IMG/VR virus record: IMGVR_UViG_3300042348_000372
Location: 1-26,927 of that record
Reading direction: 5' to 3' (one strand)
Length of the DNA: 26,927 nucleotides
DNA from: a virus
Taxonomy: Duplodnaviria > Caudoviricetes
This document shows, piece by piece, positions 1-8,073 of this stretch. Each line of letters starts with the position of its first letter. Position 1 is the stretch's first letter. A program made the position numbers and the translations under genes. Under the pieces are notes generated by a model. The model did not search any database, had not been told where the DNA came from, and saw only the letters and a list, made by a program, of their open reading frames with translations.

Positions 1-225
1 AAAGAATGGTGGGAAAAACGGTGGGAAGAATGGGAAGAATGGGAAGAAAGGCGGGAAGAATGGTGGGAAGAATGGGAAGAAAGGCGGGAAGAATGGTGGG
101 AAGAATGGGAAAAACGGTGGAAAGAAAGGAGGGAAGAATGGAAAGAACGGAAAGAATGGAGGAAAGAATGGAGGAAAGAAGGGGAAGAAGGGAGGGAAAA
201 AGGGAGGAAAGAATGGGAAAAATGG
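1..225 (-). repeat. Coding low-complexity repeat (P)PFF, 21 FF pairs, 75 codons
   Basis: Manual translation: every codon in 1..225 is Pro or Phe (42 F, 33 P), using all four Pro codons and both Phe codons. Confidence 0.95.
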
Positions 226-840
226 AGCAATAGTAGTAACGGCACTTGTTCCTGCCGCATCTGAGGTTCCATTAGCATTAATTGCGGTAATAGTATAGCT
301 CTGTGATCCTGGAGAGGCAGCAGTAGGTGTGCTATCTGAGGCATCATAAGTCACTGCTGAGCCTGCAATACCTGTGTAACTTGTGCCGTCAGAGCCAGTA
401 ATTGTATAGGAGGTAAGTGCACTACCACCGGTGGCACCAGCAGTCCAACTAATCCTGTTAAGGTTTGCAGAAACTGTAGACGCAGAAACTGACTGTGGTG
501 CTTGTGGTATTGTTGTAATGGCGATTGCAGAAGAAGCGGCAGAGGCGGGAGAAGTTCCTGCAGCATTTGTTGCTGTTACTGTAAATGTTACAGAGGCGCT
601 AACAGGGATACTGCTAACTGTAATTGGAGAAGATGAGCCAGTTGCTGTTTGGCCTGAGCTTGCTGTTACTGTAAAAGAGGTGGCTGCTGGAGAAAGTGCT
701 GGTAAAGAGAATGAAACAACGGCTGCGCCGTTATTGTACGCTCTGCCTGTTCCAACGTTTGAAGCAGATACGCTTGTTGGTGCTAATGGCTCTAGAAAGT
801 CATTAGATGCAGCGGAACGTCTACCAGTCTTCTTAGCCAT
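1..840 (-). CDS. Fibronectin type III-domain virion/tail-associated protein with a Pro/Phe-only repeat tract (partial, continues past left edge; not in ORF track)
   Basis: ATG at 840 with GGAGG upstream, 13 nt after the stop of 854..3181. Open for 280 codons: MAKKTGRRSAASNDFLEPLAPTSVSASNVGTGRAYNNG...TFTVTATNAAGTSPAS...PQAPQSVSA...ISWTAGATGGSALTSYTI...YTITAINANGTS. Two FN3-like units (P-x-x-P start, W, Y/F-x-V/I-x-A-x-N-x-x-G-x-S), then (P1-2FF)n. Confidence 0.85.
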   Translation of the reverse strand, partial: MAKKTGRRSAASNDFLEPLAPTSVSASNVGTGRAYNNGAAVVSFSLPALSPAATSFTVTASSGQTATGSSSPITVSSIPVSASVTFTVTATNAAGTSPASAASSAIAITTIPQAPQSVSASTVSANLNRISWTAGATGGSALTSYTITGSDGTSYTGIAGSAVTYDASDSTPTAASPGSQSYTITAINANGTSDAAGTSAVTTIAPFFPFFPPFFPPFFPFFPPFFPPFFPFFPFFPPFFPPFFPFFPPFFPPFFPFFPPFFPPFFPFFPFFPPFFPPFF

Positions 841-853
841 TTATCCCTCCCTA

Positions 854-3181
854 TTACGCTGTTAGATCGCCGTAAACTACCCAGGTATTTTCTGCTCTCT
901 TGAAGAGAGTTGCAGATGACCAAGTTGTGCGAAGTTTTAAGCCAGGTGTTGCGTTAACTGTTACTCCAACATCTCCAGCGATGGTCACTTGCCCTGTAGA
1001 AGTTTGAAGAATATCAATTGATGTCCCTACTGGAAAGGCTACTGTTGAGTTCAATGGGATAGTAATTGTTGTACCACTTGAACTAGCGACCTCAATTAAA
1101 GTGTCTCTTTCAGTCAAGGCTGAAAGCGTATAAGAAGCCGTCTTTTGAATAATTGGTGTACGAGAAGGAGTTCCTTCTTTTGTCTGTGTGCCATCTGTAA
1201 ATGCTACTCCAGATGCTGCCACTGTAACTGTTCCAGTAAATGTGGGTGAAGCAAGTGGGGCTTTTAACCCAAGACTAGTTGTAACAGTAGTTGCAAAGTT
1301 TGCATCGTCACCAAGTGCTGCTGCAAGCTCGTCAAGTGTGTTTAAAGCTGCTGGTGCTCCTGCAAGCAATGCATTTACTTGTGATGTTGCATCTGCAATT
1401 GCTTCTGATTTAGCAGTTGCAATTGCTGAAGCTTGCGCTGTTGATACCGGCTTTGATGCATCTGCTGTGTCGTCAACGTTTCCAAGACCAACCATAGACT
1501 TAGTAATGCCGGAAACGGTTCCTGTAAATGTAGGACCTGAAAGGTTGGCTTTTAAATCAAGAGCGGTCTGTTGCGCTGTTGATACCGGCTTACTTGCGTC
1601 TGCTGTGTTATCTACGTTACCTAGGCCTACATCTGATTTAACTAGACCAGCTGGAGTGGTAATTGTCTTGTTTGTAAGAGTTTGAGTTCCAGTTGTTGTT
1701 ACAAGAATACTGGTGTCTGCAATTCCATGAACAGAAGTTGTATCTGCTTCGTGGGTAGAAACAGCACCATCAGCGTATGACTTAGTGGCAAGATTTGCTG
1801 TGTCTGCTATGCCATGAACAGAGGTCGTGTCTGAAGAGTGCGTCGAAACCGCAGTGTCCGCATAGGTTTTTGTGGCAAGCTCTGCTGTATCTGTAATTCC
1901 ATGCACTGAAGTTGTGTCTGAGCTGTGTGTAGAGACTGAGGTATCAGCGTAAGTTTTTGTAGCGAGTGCCGATGTATCTGCAATACCATGAACATCTGTT
2001 GTGTCTGAGTTATGCGTGCTTACAGCAGTGTCAGCATATGTCTTTGTAGCAAGTGCTGCTGTGTCTGCAATTCCATGTACATCTAGAGTGTCTGATGAGT
2101 GAGTAAAGACTGATGTAGAAACTGCTGAAGCAGCTGCAGTATCTGCATATGACTTAGTAGCAAGATCTGCGGTATCTGTGATACCGTGCACATTTGTTGT
2201 GTCTGAGCTATGTGTGCTTACAGCGGTGTCCGCATAGGTTTTTGTAGCAAGGTCTGCTGTATCTGTAATTCCATGTATATTTGTTGTATCCGAAGAGTGT
2301 GTACCTATTTCACTTGCTACATGTTCTTGTGTAGCCAATGTTCCTGTTGCATTTGGAAAAGTTAAAGATCTATCTGCTGTAGGATCTGCAACTGATAGCG
2401 TAGTTTCAAAACCATCTGCTGTAGAACCTTCAAATATAAGAGCGACATTAGTGTCAAAGGAAACTGATCCAGTAAAAGTAGGTGAGGCTAGAGGTGCTTT
2501 TAGATCAAGGGCTGTTTGTGTTGATGTGGATACTGGCTTGTTAGCGTCTGTTGTATTATCAACATTACCTAAGCCAACCATAGACTTTGTAATTCCGCCT
2601 ACTGTTCCTGTAAATGTAGGGTCAGCCAGTGGTGCCTTTAAACCAAGAGCAGTTTGTACTGCTGTAGATACTGGCTTGTTTTCATCTGATGTGTTATCTA
2701 CCGCGCCCAAACCAACCATAGACTTAGTAATGCCGGAAACAGTTCCAGTAAAAGTTGGGTTAGCAAGTGGGGCTTTAGCAGCAAGTGCATTTGTAACTGT
2801 TGTTGAAAATGACGCGTCATTTCCAAGGGCTGTTGCCAACTCATTAAGGGTATCAAGGGCGCCAGGTGCAGATGCTATGAGGTTTGAAACTGCAGTCCCT
2901 ACAAATGCTGTAGTTGCAACTTGTGTGGTAGATGTACCTGCTGTTGCTGTAGGGGCTGTAGGTATACCAGTAAGGGCTGGAGAAATTAGAGGGGCGTAAA
3001 TGTTCGCGGCAATTGCTGGAGTTAAGTTGATATAAGGTAGGGAAGACCAAACTGTAAGTCCATCTCCAACTTTAAGTTTCTTAGTATCGGTTTCTACACC
3101 GACTTCACCTTCAGCAAGAATTGGGTTCGAGGCAACCCACTCAGCAGTTGTTCCTCTGCGTAGTTGAATATTAACTGCCAT
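854..3181 (-). CDS. Long tail fibre protein with Mtd_N-like N-terminal domain and internal repeats
   Basis: N-terminus IQLRRGT..EW...NPILAEGE.G.ETDT.K.K.GDG...W..LPY resembles Mtd_N. Two AP.AL.TL.ELA.ALG.DA.F.TTV fibre motifs. Several K.(M/D)VGLG.VD.T.D..KPVST and KAPLA.PTFTG repeats. Confidence 0.85.
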   Translation of the reverse strand: MAVNIQLRRGTTAEWVASNPILAEGEVGVETDTKKLKVGDGLTVWSSLPYINLTPAIAANIYAPLISPALTGIPTAPTATAGTSTTQVATTAFVGTAVSNLIASAPGALDTLNELATALGNDASFSTTVTNALAAKAPLANPTFTGTVSGITKSMVGLGAVDNTSDENKPVSTAVQTALGLKAPLADPTFTGTVGGITKSMVGLGNVDNTTDANKPVSTSTQTALDLKAPLASPTFTGSVSFDTNVALIFEGSTADGFETTLSVADPTADRSLTFPNATGTLATQEHVASEIGTHSSDTTNIHGITDTADLATKTYADTAVSTHSSDTTNVHGITDTADLATKSYADTAAASAVSTSVFTHSSDTLDVHGIADTAALATKTYADTAVSTHNSDTTDVHGIADTSALATKTYADTSVSTHSSDTTSVHGITDTAELATKTYADTAVSTHSSDTTSVHGIADTANLATKSYADGAVSTHEADTTSVHGIADTSILVTTTGTQTLTNKTITTPAGLVKSDVGLGNVDNTADASKPVSTAQQTALDLKANLSGPTFTGTVSGITKSMVGLGNVDDTADASKPVSTAQASAIATAKSEAIADATSQVNALLAGAPAALNTLDELAAALGDDANFATTVTTSLGLKAPLASPTFTGTVTVAASGVAFTDGTQTKEGTPSRTPIIQKTASYTLSALTERDTLIEVASSSGTTITIPLNSTVAFPVGTSIDILQTSTGQVTIAGDVGVTVNATPGLKLRTTWSSATLFKRAENTWVVYGDLTA
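1712..2299 (-). repeat. Seven ~29-aa (87-bp) tandem repeats H-x-x-D-T-x-x-(V/I)-H-G-I-x-D-T within the tail fibre
   Basis: HSSDTTNIHGITDT, HSSDTTNVHGITDT, HSSDTLDVHGIADT, HNSDTTDVHGIADT, HSSDTTSVHGITDT, HSSDTTSVHGIADT, HEADTTSVHGIADT. Confidence 0.95.
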
Positions 3182-3453
3182 TACGAAACTCCTCCATCAT
3201 AAGATCCTGTAAATGTAGAAGATGGGTATCCACCGTCTACTGCTGGTGTTCCACCGTAGAAAGATCCAGGTGTTCCACCATCTATTTGAAGACCGCCGCC
3301 CCCACCAACTCCACTAATATCAATCCAAGCCGAACCACTATATATTCTTAACTTCAGGGTGCCAGTATTAAAGTATAGATCCCCTGCTCGCTGGCCGGCA
3401 GGCTCAGTGCCTACAGCCAGTACGTTTAGTGGTACTAATGCTTTTGTACTCAT
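3181..3453 (-). CDS. Small tail-fibre-associated protein with three C-terminal xDGG motifs
   Basis: GDLYFNT...LRIY.GSAW fibre motif, Gly linker, then IDGG/VDGG/YDGG. TAATG overlap with the downstream fibre gene. Confidence 0.7.
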   Translation of the reverse strand: MSTKALVPLNVLAVGTEPAGQRAGDLYFNTGTLKLRIYSGSAWIDISGVGGGGGLQIDGGTPGSFYGGTPAVDGGYPSSTFTGSYDGGVS

Positions 3454-3458
3454 TTATG

Positions 3459-4958
3459 TTACCCGATTACAACTACCCTGTAGGCGTTAGATGTCGGTGC
3501 AGACGCAAATCCAATTGTTACAGTGGATGTTGACGCACGCACGTTATCTACAATAACTTCTTCTCCAGTTGCTATTTCGTAAACTTGAACGTGAACGTCC
3601 AGTGTGCCTAGGTTGTGGGTTACTGTATACGAGGTAGCTGATGTAGAAAGTGTTGTTGAGTACTTTCTAGCTACTACTGCTGCATCAACAGAGATGGTGT
3701 TGGTTCCAACAACGATACCGTTGCCGGCACCGATTGCAAAACCGTTAGCGTCTGTAGCAGCACCAGAGTTGGTAGCAAGCTTGATTGCTCCGCCGCTAGA
3801 ATCTGTCTGTAAACCGCCTGTTGTAGATGGAGCAAATGTGAAGTTAGTTCCTGTAAGTAGTACGCCGTTAGAGGCTGTGTATGTTCCAGCGCCTGAGAAC
3901 TGGGCAAAAGTAAGGGCAGTAGTTCCTAGTGTAATAGGATTGTCAGTTGTTAATACCCAACCGCTATTTCCGTTTACAGTTCCTTGTTCTACAAATGTAA
4001 ACATTCCCGAAGTAACGTCTGCATCAGAGTTTGCATCCAAAGCACGGTCTGGGGCTCCAGAGGCCTTAACTACGTAGATACCGTTTTCAGAACCAGTTGA
4101 TTGATGCTTAACAAGAATGCGGTCACCAGTAGCAAGAGTTACTCCATCAAGAGTATCTCCATTCTCAAGGTCTGTAGATAAGGTTACTGCTGCAGTAGTT
4201 GCTGCACGAACAGAAGCTTTGACATCAAGACCTTGTGCAACAGAGTCAACATAGTTCTTAGTTGCTGCATCTTGTGCGCTTACTGGGTCTGCTACGTTGG
4301 TGATTAGCTGGCTGTTCATTGAGAACGAGCTGGTTGGAGCTGTTAAATCTGTTACCTTATTTGTAGTAAGGATTACTGTTCCGCTAGCATCAGGAAGAGT
4401 GATTGTGCGGTCAGCTGTTGGGTCTGTAGCTGTAAGAGTTGTTTCGTTAGTATCTGCTGTAGAACCTTCAAATACAATTGAAGAATCTAAAGACACTGTA
4501 CCTGTAAAGGTAGGGTTAGCACTTGGGGCTTTAGTGTCTATCTGTGTCTGGATAGAAGAGGTAACACCGTCTACATAACTAATTTCAGTTGCAGATACAT
4601 CACCAATTGAAGTTGTAGATGGTAGGACTACAGTACCTGTAAATGTTGGGCCTGCTAAAGGGGCTTTAAGATCAAGTTGACCTTGGATACCTGAGGTAAC
4701 ACCATCAACGTAGTTAAGCTCTGTGGTGGTAAGTGTTGCACCATCAAGAATGTTAATTTCTGCGGCATCTGCGGTTACGCCGTTAAGTCCAACAGCTTCC
4801 CAGATAGTGCCGTTGTAGACTCGCATTTCATTGGAGGCAGTGTTGTAGTAAACTTGACCTGTTACGGGATTTGATGGATCCGTAGCTAAGTTTTGAATAC
4901 GAGCATTTTGAAGCTCGTTCTTGACTAAGTCAATCGGGGTTAAAAATTTACGTGCCAT
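3459..4958 (-). CDS. Tail fibre / tail structural protein
   Basis: GQVYYNT...VYNG..W, ELNY.DGVTS.IQ.QLD, DP...QDAATKNYVD and GDRILVK.Q....ENGIY motifs typical of phage fibres. C-terminal THNLG domain. AGGAG RBS. Confidence 0.8.
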   Translation of the reverse strand: MARKFLTPIDLVKNELQNARIQNLATDPSNPVTGQVYYNTASNEMRVYNGTIWEAVGLNGVTADAAEINILDGATLTTTELNYVDGVTSGIQGQLDLKAPLAGPTFTGTVVLPSTTSIGDVSATEISYVDGVTSSIQTQIDTKAPSANPTFTGTVSLDSSIVFEGSTADTNETTLTATDPTADRTITLPDASGTVILTTNKVTDLTAPTSSFSMNSQLITNVADPVSAQDAATKNYVDSVAQGLDVKASVRAATTAAVTLSTDLENGDTLDGVTLATGDRILVKHQSTGSENGIYVVKASGAPDRALDANSDADVTSGMFTFVEQGTVNGNSGWVLTTDNPITLGTTALTFAQFSGAGTYTASNGVLLTGTNFTFAPSTTGGLQTDSSGGAIKLATNSGAATDANGFAIGAGNGIVVGTNTISVDAAVVARKYSTTLSTSATSYTVTHNLGTLDVHVQVYEIATGEEVIVDNVRASTSTVTIGFASAPTSNAYRVVVIG

Positions 4959-4969
4959 TTACTATCTCC

Positions 4970-5275
4970 TTATGATAGGTATGCTCGTCCGCTAAAGCCA
5001 GACCTAAACGTTAGCAGTACTGTAGTGGGGCTTGGGTAAGAAATCTCTCCTTCAACAACACTACCACCAGAGTCTACTACAGTAACATTTGGATGAAAGG
5101 TTAAATTGTGAGAAATGGTCCAGGTATCAGAGGGGGTATTCTGATAATAGATATACCCTAACTGTTGTACCTCTAAACTAGGATCTGAAAGTACAACACC
5201 GGGAGAATTTATGATGGTAGTGATGTCTGGAATTTCCAGCCCATAAGACGGATTAGGCTGCCAAATTGGGGTCAA
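4970..5275 (-). CDS. Small virion structural protein (HNL-motif beta domain)
   Basis: WTISHNLTFHPNVTVVD resembles the YTVTHNLGTLDVHVQV C-terminus of 3459..4958. Overlaps the upstream gene stop. Confidence 0.6.
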   Translation of the reverse strand: MTPIWQPNPSYGLEIPDITTIINSPGVVLSDPSLEVQQLGYIYYQNTPSDTWTISHNLTFHPNVTVVDSGGSVVEGEISYPSPTTVLLTFRSGFSGRAYLS

Positions 5276-6357
5276 AGTGTCACCTGCTTTTCTGTAAAGA
5301 CTTTTCCTGTGGCATAGGTCTTGATTTTTCCAGAAGAATCAGTCATTTGAATGTCATAATACGCTGTTCTTGGCAGATTAGTAGTGGTAGCTGAAGGCAG
5401 TGTAATTATCAGACCATCTAAAACACTATTGCTGTTAACAGAGTATTTTGTGATAGTAAAGTCTGCAAGTAGTACAGGACCAACCTGTGAGTAGTCTGAT
5501 GATGGGAATAGACGAATTTGTCCCTTAGGAGTAAATGTGGTGAGGTCAAATCCAAACTGGTACTTCATAGAGAAGTCATCTCCAGAGTACATTGATATGT
5601 CTCTTGAAAGTACTGGAGTAGGAGGAGTAATATCCCCGTAGTCTGGCATAGGGAGAGTAACTCTGTCTGGTAGAGATCGATCATCAATTTCTTGTGGACG
5701 ATAAACTGGAATGTATCTGTTAGTCATACGACTAATACGACGGAAGGTTGCAACCTCAATACGGTACAGGCCAACACCAAGCATCTTACACAGTTCTTTA
5801 TACTGTTCTTGTCTAGCCTGAACCATGTTGCTTAGTTGTTGGTAGCGCTGTGATCTGGGTATTGATACGCCATCTGGAGACATGATGTTAATGTCAAATG
5901 CGGCATCTGTAGCTAAGGTATACAAAGCCATAGACGAGGCTAGGATAACTAAAGGATATTCATCTATAACAGGTAGCAAAGCTATCTGCGATACTCTTGC
6001 CCCATGTGTATCTGTAGTGTGCGCAGCGTGCTCAAAAAACGCTGTATTAATATAGTAAGAAATTTCAGAATCTGTAAAGTATTTATATGCTTGACCGTAT
6101 ACTTTAATAGTTGATGCGTTAGCTGGTATCTGCCCGGAAGCAAAAGACAACATTCCTGTGCCTTCTTCAATTGTAACAAAGGCAGATTTGTCTACGTTAT
6201 TTACGGTTACATTAAGGGAGTACCCTTGAACTGGGGCTTTAGATAGTTGAAAACGAAAGGTGACGCCATCGCCTGTAAATGTGTCAGTAAATGACCGTGC
6301 TATGTCGCCAATCTCTGCTCTTAGTCTTTCTGAGAGCTGTTGTACTGAGGCAGTCAT
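5272..6357 (-). CDS. Head-completion / neck protein with C-terminal Ig-like (BppU_N-like) domain
   Basis: LRAEIGD...FTDSEISYYI adaptor-like helices. C-terminal ISMYSGDDF...YYDIQMT...GKV pattern. Located just after the capsid genes. GGAGG RBS. Confidence 0.55.
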   Translation of the reverse strand: MTASVQQLSERLRAEIGDIARSFTDTFTGDGVTFRFQLSKAPVQGYSLNVTVNNVDKSAFVTIEEGTGMLSFASGQIPANASTIKVYGQAYKYFTDSEISYYINTAFFEHAAHTTDTHGARVSQIALLPVIDEYPLVILASSMALYTLATDAAFDINIMSPDGVSIPRSQRYQQLSNMVQARQEQYKELCKMLGVGLYRIEVATFRRISRMTNRYIPVYRPQEIDDRSLPDRVTLPMPDYGDITPPTPVLSRDISMYSGDDFSMKYQFGFDLTTFTPKGQIRLFPSSDYSQVGPVLLADFTITKYSVNSNSVLDGLIITLPSATTTNLPRTAYYDIQMTDSSGKIKTYATGKVFTEKQVTL

Positions 6358-6383
6358 TTATCCTCCATAAAGGTTATGTGCTA

Positions 6384-6416
6384 ATAATGCAGCATAATTT
6401 ACAATTAGTCTGTGTA
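6384..6416 (-). promoter_or_regulatory. Putative phage promoter TACACAGAC-N18-CATTAT (neck/tail operon)
   Basis: Same motif and spacing as sites at 8925-8957 and 11508-11540. Lies immediately after a terminator. Confidence 0.55.
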
Positions 6417-6457
6417 AAAAAGACCCGCTCCGACAGGAGGGCGGTTGTCGGAGCGGG
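6416..6457 (-). terminator. Intrinsic terminator after the capsid operon
   Basis: 12-bp perfect stem CCCGCTCCGACA/TGTCGGAGCGGG followed on the minus strand by TC and T6. Confidence 0.8.
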
Positions 6458-6474
6458 CGACCTAAATTGCGGCA

Positions 6475-6840
6475 TTAGAGCCTATCGTACAAATAACCCT
6501 TTTCCTGAAGATGTGCCGCCACATGCTTTGGTACTTTGTACTTCTTACCGGCTTCAAAATTATAATGGTTGCCGACTCCCACAGTCATCATATTGATGTC
6601 TTCTGCGACACGAATTACCTGTGTGTCATCAGCGAGGGAAACCCCTACGCTTTCGATCTCATCAATAACAGTTGGTTTAGAAAGATCTGTAAGGTCTGTG
6701 ACCTCAGTCTGATCCTTGTATTGCTGCGTTGCAGTTGCCATAGACATTTCGGTTGCACGTTGTGCAAGCTCTTCTGCATGCGCTTTTACTTGTACTTCAC
6801 GTTGACGTCCTGTAACGTCAGTAACTTTTGCTTTTGCCAC
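6475..6840 (-). CDS. Hypothetical head-associated protein
   Basis: 121 aa with AAGGAG RBS, directly downstream of the major capsid gene. Confidence 0.7.
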   Translation of the reverse strand: MAKAKVTDVTGRQREVQVKAHAEELAQRATEMSMATATQQYKDQTEVTDLTDLSKPTVIDEIESVGVSLADDTQVIRVAEDINMMTVGVGNHYNFEAGKKYKVPKHVAAHLQEKGYLYDRL

Positions 6841-6880
6841 GATGTATATTCTCCTTGTAGGTTTGTTTGTGTTGGGTGTA

Positions 6881-6930
6881 GTGGGGCGAGAGTGTGGCCC
6901 TATTTCAGGCCGTGCTTAACCTCGCCCCAC
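6881..6930 (-). other. Stem-loop in the 3' UTR of the major capsid gene (no U tract)
   Basis: 10-bp GTGGGGCGAG/CTCGCCCCAC stem enclosing a GGCC/GGCC inner helix. Confidence 0.55.
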
Positions 6931-6943
6931 CACTATTAAGTTA

Positions 6944-8020
6944 TTAGTTGGTTTCTGCGATAACTACAGACTGATCTGTGATTAGACCAAGACCGTAGAT
7001 TGCGTACCAAGCAAGTGCGTGCTCACGACCGAAGTCAAGAATACCACCATCACGAAGTTCCACAGGAAGTGAAATTGCGTGTCCGAATGCGTTATCTCCA
7101 ATGAAGATAGCTGAGTAGCGATCTGAACCACCGTTACCTGTCTTTGTTGCTGGAGATGTATAACCACCACCAGTTGGGTAAACGATTGATCCTGGAGCTA
7201 CTGCTGTGTCGGTTGTGTAGGAAGTTCCTGCACCGCCGGCTACCTTTTCAATCTGTGTTGTTTCGATGAATACTGTGTCGTATAGACGACCAATTTCACC
7301 TAGCATGAAGTTACCTGGAGCTGCGTACTTTGTTACTTCGATGAACTCTGGGTTGTCACGAAGCTTACGGCTCTGGTGTGGGTGGATGAAAGCAACGTAT
7401 GTCTCACCAAGGCGAGGGATGTTCTTTGTTGCTAGTGTTTCGACTGCGTCCTTAACAACTGCTGTTGTTAGGTGGAAGTTACCAGTCATTGAGGCACGTG
7501 ATGTACCTACAGTACCTGCATCGTACCATGCATTTGCAGCTGAAAGACCTGCACGGTCATAACCGTAGATCTTTGAAGAAGCTGCCATGAGTGTGTCACG
7601 AGCCTGGCCATCAAGGTAGAGAGCCATGTTACGTCCTAGAAGACGTGATGCTGATGCCATAACGTCATCAAATGATGCGTTAAGTAGAAGTTCTGATACT
7701 GCAATTGCAAAGCCATGCTCTGCTACAGTGATTGAGAACTGCTGTGCTGTTAGTGCGTTTGTTGACATACGCACGCCTTCAACGAGTGAACCCGCGAAGC
7801 CGAGGTTGTTGTAACGCATGAAGTTGATCTGTAGACCAGGTGCAACTCCTAGTTCTGTCTTCTTAACAGCGAACTGCTCGAAGCGTAGAATAGGCATTGA
7901 CTGGAATAGAATTTCCTTAGACCAGATGGTCTGAATTGCTTGTGTTAGCTGGCTATTGGAGCCAGAGTATGCTGTAGGTGCTGCGGCTAAATTGCCGGTA
8001 CCTGTTACGGCTGATGCCAT
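6944..8020 (-). CDS. Major capsid protein, N4-gp56-like family (HK97 fold)
   Basis: 358 aa after the scaffold gene. Motifs G.QINFMRY..L, L.EGV, HP.Q...LR, GEIGRL....FIET and DFGR...LAWY...G.G. AAGGAG RBS. Confidence 0.9.
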   Translation of the reverse strand: MASAVTGTGNLAAAPTAYSGSNSQLTQAIQTIWSKEILFQSMPILRFEQFAVKKTELGVAPGLQINFMRYNNLGFAGSLVEGVRMSTNALTAQQFSITVAEHGFAIAVSELLLNASFDDVMASASRLLGRNMALYLDGQARDTLMAASSKIYGYDRAGLSAANAWYDAGTVGTSRASMTGNFHLTTAVVKDAVETLATKNIPRLGETYVAFIHPHQSRKLRDNPEFIEVTKYAAPGNFMLGEIGRLYDTVFIETTQIEKVAGGAGTSYTTDTAVAPGSIVYPTGGGYTSPATKTGNGGSDRYSAIFIGDNAFGHAISLPVELRDGGILDFGREHALAWYAIYGLGLITDQSVVIAETN

Positions 8021-8073
8021 GTCGGTGTTACTCCTTGTTCATATATGTTAGGTTGATTTAATAGGTAAAAACT

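Noticed and set aside
6-233. Plus-strand 75-aa R/M/G/E/K repeat ORF
   Set aside because: Antisense shadow of the Pro/Phe tract. Base variation is synonymous in the minus-strand frame, which continues from an RBS-led FN3 gene.
1712-2299. CRISPR-like periodicity
   Set aside because: The units are degenerate, in frame and protein-coding, with no constant repeat plus unique spacer layout.
854-3181. Diversity-generating retroelement suggested by the Mtd_N domain
   Set aside because: No reverse transcriptase, no TR/VR pair differing at adenines, and no recognisable C-type lectin C-terminus in this window.
431-4578. Long plus-strand ORFs opposite the tail genes (431..865, 1188..1685, 2451..2999, 3604..4077, 4297..4578)
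   Set aside because: Typical antisense frames of Thr/Ala/Ser-rich genes, with no independent motifs or evident RBS.
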